Positions 1 through 8,017 of a stretch of 48,923 nt of DNA are shown here, in pieces (the stretch's first letter is position 1; each line of letters begins with the position of its first letter). The notes under the pieces were generated by a model, which did no database searches, was not told where the DNA came from, and was given only the letters and a program-made list of their open reading frames with translations. The stretch lies in the NCBI GenBank assembly GCA_963783885.1, contig CAWAPJ010000011.1:1-48923 (forward strand). The letters are read 5' to 3'. Origin of the DNA: Waddliaceae bacterium (GTDB lineage Bacteria > Chlamydiota > Chlamydiia > Chlamydiales > SLFE01). Both the position numbers and the translations under genes were made by a program.

Positions 1-294
1 CTACATTGCTTCTACAGGTTAATTCATCCCAAGGACATCCATTTTCATGTGCATACTGTAAACAATCTAAATGCCCATTATATGCTGCATAACGACAGGT
101 CCATTCATCCCAAGGGCATCCGTTTTCATGTGCATACTGTAAACAATCTAAATGCCCATTACTTGCTGCATAATAACAAGTCCATTCATCCCAAGGGCAT
201 CCGTTTTCATGTAGCATACTGTAAACAATCTAAATGTCCATTATTGCTGCATAATTACAGGTCCACTTCATTCCAAGGACATCCGTTTTCATGT
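1..294 (-). repeat. Tandem 81-bp repeats (~3.6 units) encoding 27-aa ankyrin repeats of the 'HENGCPWDE' type; frameshifted, runs off the left edge
   Basis: ATTCATCCC recurs at 22, 103, 184 (degenerate at ~266). The minus strand reads HENGCPWDEWTCYYAASNGHLDCLQYAHENGCPWDEWTCRYAAYNGHLDCLQYAHENGCPWDELTC. Three 1-nt indels fall in the 213-266 unit. Confidence 0.9.
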
Positions 295-295
295 A

Positions 296-1207
296 TTGAT
301 CGGCCATATACAGGGCGGCAAGGCTTCCAGAGGCGCAGTGCGTCTGATGGCCCATCTGGACGAGCTGAGCCTGATCGTCAAGAGGATCAACGACAACGGC
401 TCCTTGAGGGTCAATCCTGTCGGCGGCCTTCTTCCCGCAGACATTGGTCAGGGGCCGGTCGAGATCTTGGGCGCTAAAAAAAATCTCCCCGGAATCATAT
501 CGGCGGGTTGCATCCACACTACCGAGGAAACCAAGGGAAGGTGGCGCTCACTCCCTAAAGGGGATGACAAATCCAGGCGATGGGAGGAAATGCACATTTT
601 CACGGGAAAATCCAAAAAAGATCTGGAAAAAGCAGGCGTTCATCCCGGTACGAGGGTTGTTGTGGCAAAGTCGAGACGGAAAATCGAGGAGGTCGGCCCT
701 TATCTTGCCGGTTATTTTTTTGACAACCGCGCAGCCGTCGCGATCGGCATTTGCGCCCTGTCCCTTCTGAAAAAATCCCGAAAGAAGCCCAAGCAGGACG
801 TTTATTTATGCCTGACTACCGAAGAGGAAATCGGCGCCCACGGCTCTTCCTACGCATGCCGCACCCTTCCCGGCGACGCCGCGATAGCCATCGACGTCGG
901 ACCGGCAGCCAAAGAGTACGATGTCGAGCTGAATGAAAACCCCATTATTGTGTACCAGGACTCTTTTACCGTTTACACGAAATCCCTGTCCGATGCCCTT
1001 CAGGAGGCGGCAAAAAAAGCCAAAGTCAAAACGCAGTGCGCCACCTGGAGCAATTACGGCTCGGACGCATCTCTTGCCAAAAGGCACGGACAAACGGCCC
1101 AATCGGCGCTTGTCTGCATCCCAACAGAAAATACCCACGGCTTTGAGATTATCCATAGCGAGGGCATTTTAAACGCCGCCAAGCTGCTCGCGCAATTTTT
1201 ACAGTAG
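296..1207 (+). pseudogene. M42 family metallo-aminopeptidase, 5'-truncated in this sequence
   Basis: Motifs AHLDE, FDNRA, TEEEIG, IDVG, NTHGFE are present. The ORF starts at TTG only ~19 aa before AHLDE, so the usual N-terminal segment is replaced by the ankyrin repeat DNA. Confidence 0.75.
964..1207 (+). repeat. 244-bp direct repeat, copy 1 (3' end of the M42 peptidase gene)
   Basis: Ungapped match to 4172-4415, about 88% identical by manual count. Confidence 0.95.
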
Positions 1208-1221
1208 GAAGCAACCTTTTT

Positions 1222-1264
1222 CTTGCAGATGGCTAGCTCAGCGCGCGATTACCTAATGTCATAG
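1222..1264. repeat. 43-bp motif, copy 1 (downstream of porin A)
   Basis: CTTGCAGATGGCTAGCTCAGCGCGCGATTACCTAATGTCATAG; 2 mismatches to 2799-2841. Confidence 0.9.
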
Positions 1265-1392
1265 CAGGGCCGACTATTTAGCCATATAAGCGAGAAAACT
1301 TCTGATTGTGGTATTGTTTACTCTTTGCTTTTTCCAAGCATACAAAATCCAATTTTTGCATTGGAAAAATATAATTATGTAGATTCAGATAT

Positions 1393-1424
1393 AAAAAAGG
1401 CCTTAGCTATTAAACTAAGACCTT
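1393..1424 (-). terminator. Probable intrinsic terminator of porin A
   Basis: Minus strand AAGGTCTTAG-8 nt-CTAAGGCC followed by T6, about 26 nt after the stop codon. Confidence 0.65.
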
Positions 1425-1450
1425 ATTGAATAGACTTTAGGTTAGAAAAA

Positions 1451-2563
1451 TTAGAAATCTAATCCCGCTCTAACGACTAAACCTTGATAAGTGACATTTC
1501 CATGTGGTCCATGTTGAAGTCCTTCATTATTTATGAAGATGTAGCGATTCAGATCCCACCAGACTTGGTTTTCCCAGCCGACGAAAACGAATAGATCATA
1601 GCAATCGCACATGGTTGTATCGTAGCGTATGCCAAATAATAGTTCACTCACAGGAACAAGAACGCAATGCTCATTCTTGAATTCAACGATTGAACCTTCT
1701 TCAACAACATTTCCATTTTCAATAGCAAACTCTTGATCGCGTCTATAGATATCAATTTCAGACCAGACTGAACTGATAGCAAGGCCGCCAACTAGGCTGA
1801 AGCATCGTGAGAATCGCCATGCAGCATCAAAACCACCGCGAAGACCAATTCCATTAAAGTCTATTTTATTATGAATATCAACTCTGTTTGCTTGAGTAGT
1901 ATTGATAAGCTCTTCATACCTTACATCATAGCGAAGGTTTTGCCATGTTGCCTTGAATCCTAAATGTGGACGGAAGTCAAAACAGCAGTTAACAGCAAAT
2001 GTTCGTCCAAATCCAAAGTCTAAAACATTGAACTTTGTATCCCATTCAGCTCTAGCTAAATTAAGACTATCAAACGTAACATTAAGAGTGGTGTCGATGA
2101 GTGGAATTAATTCAACAGTTGAATCACCGGGGAAGGGCAATGTATGTTTATCATGAATACATTGATTCAGCCATGTATATTGAGCATAAAAATCCCAATT
2201 GCAGCAGCCAAGATCGACGATCAAGCCTAATCTAAAACCAGGTTCTAGTTCACAATCAGGAGCAAAAAGATGATATTCTTGGTTTTGACTATCAATGCCT
2301 AAATTATTTCTTAATGTGGCATAATCTAACCCATCAACGTTGACCTGCCAATATAGAAAATCGGCATAGAAAACAAAGTCTGGACAATCCCAATTGCAAG
2401 GATCAAAACAGCACGAGTCTTGATAACATTGATCTGAGCAGCAAGGATCATATGTAGCTGATACAGAACTAACTAATCCTGATAAGCAAAACAAAGCAGC
2501 ACCGAAGGCAATTGCTTTGTTAAATAATCCCTTAAAGAGTACTCCATTTTTTTGAAGAAACAT
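1451..2563 (-). CDS. MOMP-like / Lpg1974-family outer-membrane beta-barrel porin (paralog A)
   Basis: Signal peptide, Cys-rich N-terminus, ADFLYWQ, PGFRLG, GIGLRGG, GWENQVW motifs, C-terminal Phe, AGGAG RBS. Confidence 0.85.
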   Translation of the reverse strand: MFLQKNGVLFKGLFNKAIAFGAALFCLSGLVSSVSATYDPCCSDQCYQDSCCFDPCNWDCPDFVFYADFLYWQVNVDGLDYATLRNNLGIDSQNQEYHLFAPDCELEPGFRLGLIVDLGCCNWDFYAQYTWLNQCIHDKHTLPFPGDSTVELIPLIDTTLNVTFDSLNLARAEWDTKFNVLDFGFGRTFAVNCCFDFRPHLGFKATWQNLRYDVRYEELINTTQANRVDIHNKIDFNGIGLRGGFDAAWRFSRCFSLVGGLAISSVWSEIDIYRRDQEFAIENGNVVEEGSIVEFKNEHCVLVPVSELLFGIRYDTTMCDCYDLFVFVGWENQVWWDLNRYIFINNEGLQHGPHGNVTYQGLVVRAGLDF

Positions 2564-2798
2564 TTTTCTTTACTCCTTTTTTGTTTTGCAGGCGTTGAAT
2601 AGTATTCCTTGGAATTTTTCCAAAACATGAAGCTAATAAAATATGATATTTAGATCAAATATTTTATTAGAATAACCAAATCTTTCCAATTCGAATCAAA
2701 CAACTTCCTAATTTTACTTAACTTTATCCTCTTCCCGAGGTAACAGCTGACAGCTGCCAAATTCATTTTCTTGTATTGGTTAGGTTTGATTTTTCTTG

Positions 2799-2841
2799 CT
2801 TGCAGATGGCTAGCTCAGCGCGCGATTACCCAATGTCTTAG
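2799..2841. repeat. 43-bp motif, copy 2 (downstream of porin B)
   Basis: Near-identical to 1222-1264. Confidence 0.9.
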
Positions 2842-2917
2842 ACTGTTGGATTACTCGGGATGCTAAAATCTTTAACCTGCTGCATCTGAATACATTGAAC
2901 CTAGCCAAGAACCTATT

Positions 2918-4024
2918 TTAGTAGCTGAAACCGGCTCTTACCGTCAAACCTTGATAGGTAACATTACCATGCGGTCCGTGTTCCATGCCTTTGTCAGTAG
3001 TAAAGATAAATCGATTCAACTTCCACCAAACTTGGTTTTCCCAGCCGATGAATGCGAATGCATCATAGCAATTGCATATGGTTGTATCATAACGGAGACC
3101 GAGCAGTAGTTCGCTAACAGGGATCAGAACGCAGTGATGACGATACAAGTCGACGGTTTGGGTTACTGTTTCCCCTAAAACCAATTCATAGGTATCGCTG
3201 CGGTGGATATCAAGGTCAGACCATACAGCACTGACAGCAAGACCGCCAACTAAGCTGAAGCATCGTGAAAATCGCCATGCGGCATCGAAGCCACCTCTTA
3301 GACCTATACCGTCAAAATCAATTTTTTCACGGATTGTCAGGGTGGAGCTTTTAGTAGTAGTAAAGATATCTACATATGTTGTCTTAAACTTTATATCCTG
3401 CCATGTTGCTTTGAATCCTAAATGAGGACGAAAGTCAAAGCAGCAATTGATTGAAAAAGTGCGTCCAAAACCAAAGTCCAAGACATTTAAATTATTGTCC
3501 CATTCGCCCCGCGCGGAATTTATGCCGTCGGATGTAAAATCTGATGGGGATTGAATAAGGGGAATTAAGGCCATGTTGCTTTCAGAACTATTAAAGGGTA
3601 TCGTTTTCTCATTGTTTAAGCATGGATGGAGCCATGTATATTGAGCATAGAAATCCCAATTGCAGCAACCAAGATCAATGACTAACCCTATTCTAAAACC
3701 TGGCTCCAAATCGCAATCAGGGTTCAGCAATGTATATTTTGTAGGGTCGTTACTCGCTTCGGGTATCTTGATAATTGCGGCAAATGGCAGACCTTCAGCA
3801 TCAGTTTGCCAATAGATAAAATCAGCATAAACAACAAAGTCTGGCATATCGCAACCGCAAGAATCGAAGTAGCTTGGGTCTTGATAACAATAATCCTGGC
3901 AACAAGGGTCGTAGGTAGCAGAAAGAGAACCGGCAAGTCCCGTAAAACTCAAGAAAGCAAAACCAGAGGCAAATACAGTGCTGAATATTTTTTTCAAGGA
4001 TATTCCATTTTCTTGAAGAAACAT
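2918..4024 (-). CDS. MOMP-like / Lpg1974-family porin (paralog B)
   Basis: Collinear with paralog A (MFLQxNG start, DLGCCNWDFYAQYTWL, CCFDFRPHLGFKATWQ, HGPHGNVTYQGL). ATG at 4024 has an AGGAG RBS; C-terminal Tyr. Confidence 0.85.
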   Translation of the reverse strand: MFLQENGISLKKIFSTVFASGFAFLSFTGLAGSLSATYDPCCQDYCYQDPSYFDSCGCDMPDFVVYADFIYWQTDAEGLPFAAIIKIPEASNDPTKYTLLNPDCDLEPGFRIGLVIDLGCCNWDFYAQYTWLHPCLNNEKTIPFNSSESNMALIPLIQSPSDFTSDGINSARGEWDNNLNVLDFGFGRTFSINCCFDFRPHLGFKATWQDIKFKTTYVDIFTTTKSSTLTIREKIDFDGIGLRGGFDAAWRFSRCFSLVGGLAVSAVWSDLDIHRSDTYELVLGETVTQTVDLYRHHCVLIPVSELLLGLRYDTTICNCYDAFAFIGWENQVWWKLNRFIFTTDKGMEHGPHGNVTYQGLTVRAGFSY

Positions 4025-4171
4025 TTTGTGACTCCTAAAGTTTAATTGTTCCAATCATTCAAATGTTTAAGAAATTATGCATCAAAATATATTGATGATG
4101 GTCTTACCCTAATAGAATGCTTTGGATTTAATCAATAAAAAAAGATTTTGTCACTGTCAAGAACTTGATTT

Positions 4172-4415
4172 TTTTACCGTTTATACGAAATTTCTTTCGG
4201 ACACACTTCAGGAGGCGGCAAAAAAAGCCAAAGTCAAAACGCGGTGCGCCACCTGGAGCAATTACGGCTCGGATGCTTCTCTTGCCAAAAGGCGCGGGCA
4301 AACCGCACAATCGGCCCTTGTCTGCATCCCAACAGAAAATACTCACGGCTTTGAGATCATCCATAGCGAAGGTATTTTGAACGACGCTAAAGTGCTTACG
4401 CAATTTTTACAGTGA
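4172..4415 (+). pseudogene. Orphan 3' fragment (80 codons) of the M42 peptidase; direct repeat copy 2
   Basis: FTVYTK...TQFLQ* aligns without gaps to the peptidase C-terminus; no homology upstream of 4172. Confidence 0.9.
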
Positions 4416-4587
4416 ATTCACAAAATGCCTATGAAATCATAATTTAAAAATTCATCAATGCGGAAACGTTGATGCGCGGCTTCCCGTTTAAAATGTGTAA
4501 ATCGTGAGTTGAACTCCTGATTGACACAAAAAATCCTTGCTTCCTGGTTACAGTAGTATCTTGACATGAGAGACGGCCGCGTTTAAG

Positions 4588-7500
4588 ATGCCGGGAGAAG
4601 ATATCTTGTTTATCGGAGTTTCTGTGGATGTACCTTCTGTCGACTATTTTCCGTTGGACTTTCAGGTTTCGGCGAGGGCCAGGTGGGAGCATCGCGTCAA
4701 CGAGGCGCTCGATGAGGCGGCGCGTGAGTCCGACGCGCCGAAGATTTTCGCTTCCCGTCTGATTGCCGAGCAGCTGAGAAAGGTGTACGAAGGGGAACTG
4801 AAGCCCGTCTACTCTTCGGAAATTGTCGCTATGGGATTGCTCGCAAAGATCTTACGCTATGTTTTCGACCAATATTGTCTTATAGAGCAACCACAGGTCA
4901 TGGCCAGGGGATTGAAGGCGCTGGAAAAGGATTTGGGCAAAAGCCGGGTGGCTAAGGCTCTGGCCGCTTTTGTGGATTACTTCCCCCCGGAAGAGGTGGC
5001 GAGGAATAGGGCGACGGCCCAGGAATTTAGGAGCCAATCTTTTGGCAAACAGAAAGGCGAAGAGGTAGTCGTCAAAGAAACTACTCTTCTTTATCTGGCT
5101 CTTGAAAATGCCGCTTTAGATGCCTACCGGCCTCTTTTCGACGACACGGAACTGCAGCATGCGGGGCAGAGTGCGGCTTTGGCCGAAAAGCTTGAAGAGT
5201 TCTTCGCAGCCCAGCCTGAAATGGCGATATTGCAGAAGAAGCTCTTCGATGTCCTCCGCGCTCCTATGAAGGCGAGTCCTTTTCATCTCGAAGGGCAGCT
5301 GCAATACATCATGGACCACTGGTCCGAAATTCTCCCAGAGCACCTTCGGCGCCGCTTGCTGACGGCGGTCGGCATGGTGAGGGAAGAGACAATGTCCAGG
5401 GGACAGGTTTTTGCCGCTTCGCCCACAGCCCTTTCCTTTAGAGTACTTAGGGAAGAGGCCTACCCCGAGCCGGAGCGGTATAGCGAAGATGCCGACTGGA
5501 TGTCGAATCTGGTGCTGATGGCAAAAAATGTCTACGTCTGGCTGGATCAGCTCTCAAAAAAGTATCAAAGGAACATCGACCGCCTCGATCTCATTCCCGA
5601 CGAAGAGCTCGAGCGGCTCTCCCGCTGGGGATTTACCGGTCTTTGGCTGATCGGCCTTTGGAAGCGCTCGCCCGCTTCGAAAAAAATCAAACAGATCATG
5701 GGCAATCCCGAAGCGGTCTCGTCGGCCTACTCGCTCTATGACTATGTCATTTCCGAAGATCTCGGAGGTGAAGAAGCTCTTCACAACCTCTCCGGACGGG
5801 CCGGGCGGTATGGCATTCGGATGGCAAGCGATATGGTGCCCAACCATGTGGGCCTTTTTTCCAAATGGGTTGTGGAACACCCCGATTGGTTCATCCAGCT
5901 GGACCGCCCGCCGTTTCCAGGCTATAGCTTCAGCGGTCCCGACCTCTCGGAAGATTCCCGCGTTTCGCTCTTCATTGAAGACGGTTATTGGAATCACAGC
6001 GATGCCGCTGTCGTTTTCAAAAGAGTTGATAATCGAACGGGGGAGACTCGTTATTTGTATCACGGCAATGACGGCACCCACATGCCGTGGAATGATACGG
6101 CCCAATTGAATTATCTCCATTCGGAGGTGAGGGAGGCGGCGATTCAAACGATCCTGCACGTCGCTAGGCACTTTCCCATCATCCGTTTTGACGCGGCGAT
6201 GACGCTTGCCAAGAAACACTACCAGCGCCTCTGGTTTCCCCAGCCCGGCGAGGGAGGGGCGATTCCCTCGCGTGCCGAACATGGGCTTTCCAGAGAAGAA
6301 TTTGACGAAAAAATCCCGCGGGAGTTTTGGAGCGACGTGGTGGATCGGACAGCCGCGGAAGAACCCAATACCCTTCTTCTTGCCGAAGCCTTCTGGCTGA
6401 TGGAAGGATATTTTGTCAGAACCCTGGGGATGCACCGCGTTTATAATAGCGCTTTCATGAATATGCTCAAGATGGAAGACAATGCCAATTACAGGACGAC
6501 GATCAAAAATGTTTTAGAGTTTTCTCCTGAAATCCTCAAGCGGTTTGTGAATTTTATGAATAATCCCGATGAGAGGACCGCGGTCGATCAGTTCGGCAAG
6601 GGGGATAAATATTTCGGAGTGGCGATGATGCTGGCGACCATGCCCGGCCTTCCGATGTTCGGCCACGGACAGATCGAAGGCTTTGCTGAAAAGTATGGCA
6701 TGGAATATCGCCGCGCCTACTGGGACGAGAGCGTCGATGAAGAGCTTGTCAGGCGGCATGAAGCGGAGATTTTTCCTTTTCTGAAAAGGCGCAAGCTATT
6801 TTCCGGATCGGAAAATTTTGCTCTTTTTGATTTCTTTACACCCGACGGGTGGGTAGATGAAAATGTTTTTGCCTACAGCAATCGGAGTGGAGGAGAAAGA
6901 GCGCTGATTGTGTACAATAATGCCTACAACCAGGCAAGAGGCTGGGTCAAAACATCTACGTCAATCAATGTCGGCCACGGGGAAGAGACTTATTTTATTC
7001 AACGATCTCTTGTCGAGGCTCTGCAGCTTAGGGCCGACCCTGGGTATTTTTACATCTTTCGAGATCATCGTACGGGCAGCGAGTATTTGCGAAGAGGCGC
7101 GGAAATTGCCGAAAAAGGGCTTTACTTTGAACTGCAGGGCTACCAGTATTATGCTCTTCTTCATTGGCGGGAAGTTTTTGATATTGACGGCAGTTGGTCG
7201 GAACTTGATAAACAGCTGAAGGGCCGGCCTGTTTCAGACATAGTCAAAGCCCGGGATGAAATGGTGCTGCAGCCTCTCTTAGCCGCTTTTCGCGACCTCT
7301 TTATCAAAGGCATTTCCGATGTGCTTGTCAGGAAAAAGACGCTCAAAGAGAGCTTGCACCCTCCGCTTCAAAATCTTTTGCATAAGATGCTAGATTATGG
7401 ACTTCCTGCAGAAGACATTTGGGATGAGGTAAAGGCCGATCTCGAAGCCTTCCCTCGGGGAGAGGAAAATAAAAGCCTGCTGGTCATTTGGTCGCTCGTT

Positions 7501-7926
7501 AAGCGGCTGACTCCTTTTTTTACTGCCGACAAGTATCACGAGGGCCCCCTTTCACAGTGGATGGATGACTGGCTTTTGTTTCCGATGCTTATCGAGGCGT
7601 TTGAAGAGGATGAGACGGCCCTGCTCTTGCAGGCTATGATTGACTATAGCGGCCTCTTTAAAATGGACCAAGCGGCTATGGATATGGCTTTGAAAGAGCT
7701 ATTCTCAAGGCGTCGGCTGTCCGAGTATCTGGAAGTCAATTGGCATGGAGATGTTCTCTGGTTCAGCAAGGAAAAGTGGGAAAAGCTTCTCAACTGCCTG
7801 TTTTTGGGGTGGATTGCCGAATCGGGAGAAAAAAGTGGTCAACCATCTGATTTTAAGGTCTATAAGAATCTTGCCGCTAGAGCGGAAGCATCCGGATACC
7901 GCGTTAAAAAGTTTCTCTTTATATAA
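4588..7926 (+). CDS. Large GH13 alpha-amylase-family glycoside hydrolase
   Basis: DMVPNH (region I), RFDAAM (nucleophile), LAEAFW (acid/base), NNPDE (region IV); 1112 aa with N- and C-terminal extensions. Confidence 0.85.
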   Translation: MPGEDILFIGVSVDVPSVDYFPLDFQVSARARWEHRVNEALDEAARESDAPKIFASRLIAEQLRKVYEGELKPVYSSEIVAMGLLAKILRYVFDQYCLIEQPQVMARGLKALEKDLGKSRVAKALAAFVDYFPPEEVARNRATAQEFRSQSFGKQKGEEVVVKETTLLYLALENAALDAYRPLFDDTELQHAGQSAALAEKLEEFFAAQPEMAILQKKLFDVLRAPMKASPFHLEGQLQYIMDHWSEILPEHLRRRLLTAVGMVREETMSRGQVFAASPTALSFRVLREEAYPEPERYSEDADWMSNLVLMAKNVYVWLDQLSKKYQRNIDRLDLIPDEELERLSRWGFTGLWLIGLWKRSPASKKIKQIMGNPEAVSSAYSLYDYVISEDLGGEEALHNLSGRAGRYGIRMASDMVPNHVGLFSKWVVEHPDWFIQLDRPPFPGYSFSGPDLSEDSRVSLFIEDGYWNHSDAAVVFKRVDNRTGETRYLYHGNDGTHMPWNDTAQLNYLHSEVREAAIQTILHVARHFPIIRFDAAMTLAKKHYQRLWFPQPGEGGAIPSRAEHGLSREEFDEKIPREFWSDVVDRTAAEEPNTLLLAEAFWLMEGYFVRTLGMHRVYNSAFMNMLKMEDNANYRTTIKNVLEFSPEILKRFVNFMNNPDERTAVDQFGKGDKYFGVAMMLATMPGLPMFGHGQIEGFAEKYGMEYRRAYWDESVDEELVRRHEAEIFPFLKRRKLFSGSENFALFDFFTPDGWVDENVFAYSNRSGGERALIVYNNAYNQARGWVKTSTSINVGHGEETYFIQRSLVEALQLRADPGYFYIFRDHRTGSEYLRRGAEIAEKGLYFELQGYQYYALLHWREVFDIDGSWSELDKQLKGRPVSDIVKARDEMVLQPLLAAFRDLFIKGISDVLVRKKTLKESLHPPLQNLLHKMLDYGLPAEDIWDEVKADLEAFPRGEENKSLLVIWSLVKRLTPFFTADKYHEGPLSQWMDDWLLFPMLIEAFEEDETALLLQAMIDYSGLFKMDQAAMDMALKELFSRRRLSEYLEVNWHGDVLWFSKEKWEKLLNCLFLGWIAESGEKSGQPSDFKVYKNLAARAEASGYRVKKFLFI

Positions 7927-8017
7927 TATTATTGCTTTATTTAACACATCTTTAATAATTACATTTAAAATAACTTCTTGATATAATATTAATATAAACC
8001 AATTATTTTCTTTATAT

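Noticed and set aside
1-294. CRISPR array
   Set aside because: The whole 81-bp unit repeats with no unique spacers, it translates as ankyrin repeats, and there are no cas genes.
49-477. 142-aa plus-strand ORF with repeats
   Set aside because: It is the antisense shadow of the ankyrin repeats running into an off-frame reading of the peptidase.
1222-1264. tRNA fragment (TAGCTCAG resembles a D-arm start)
   Set aside because: No T-arm GTTCGA and no cloverleaf in either copy.
4122-4171. N-terminus of a 97-aa gene
   Set aside because: Homology to the peptidase begins only at 4172; the upstream codons are fortuitous.
964-4415. DGR template/variable repeat pair
   Set aside because: Differences are not adenine-specific, are mostly synonymous, and no reverse transcriptase is present.
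5554-6435. 293-aa minus-strand ORF
   Set aside because: Antisense to the GH13 catalytic core, with no recognisable motifs.
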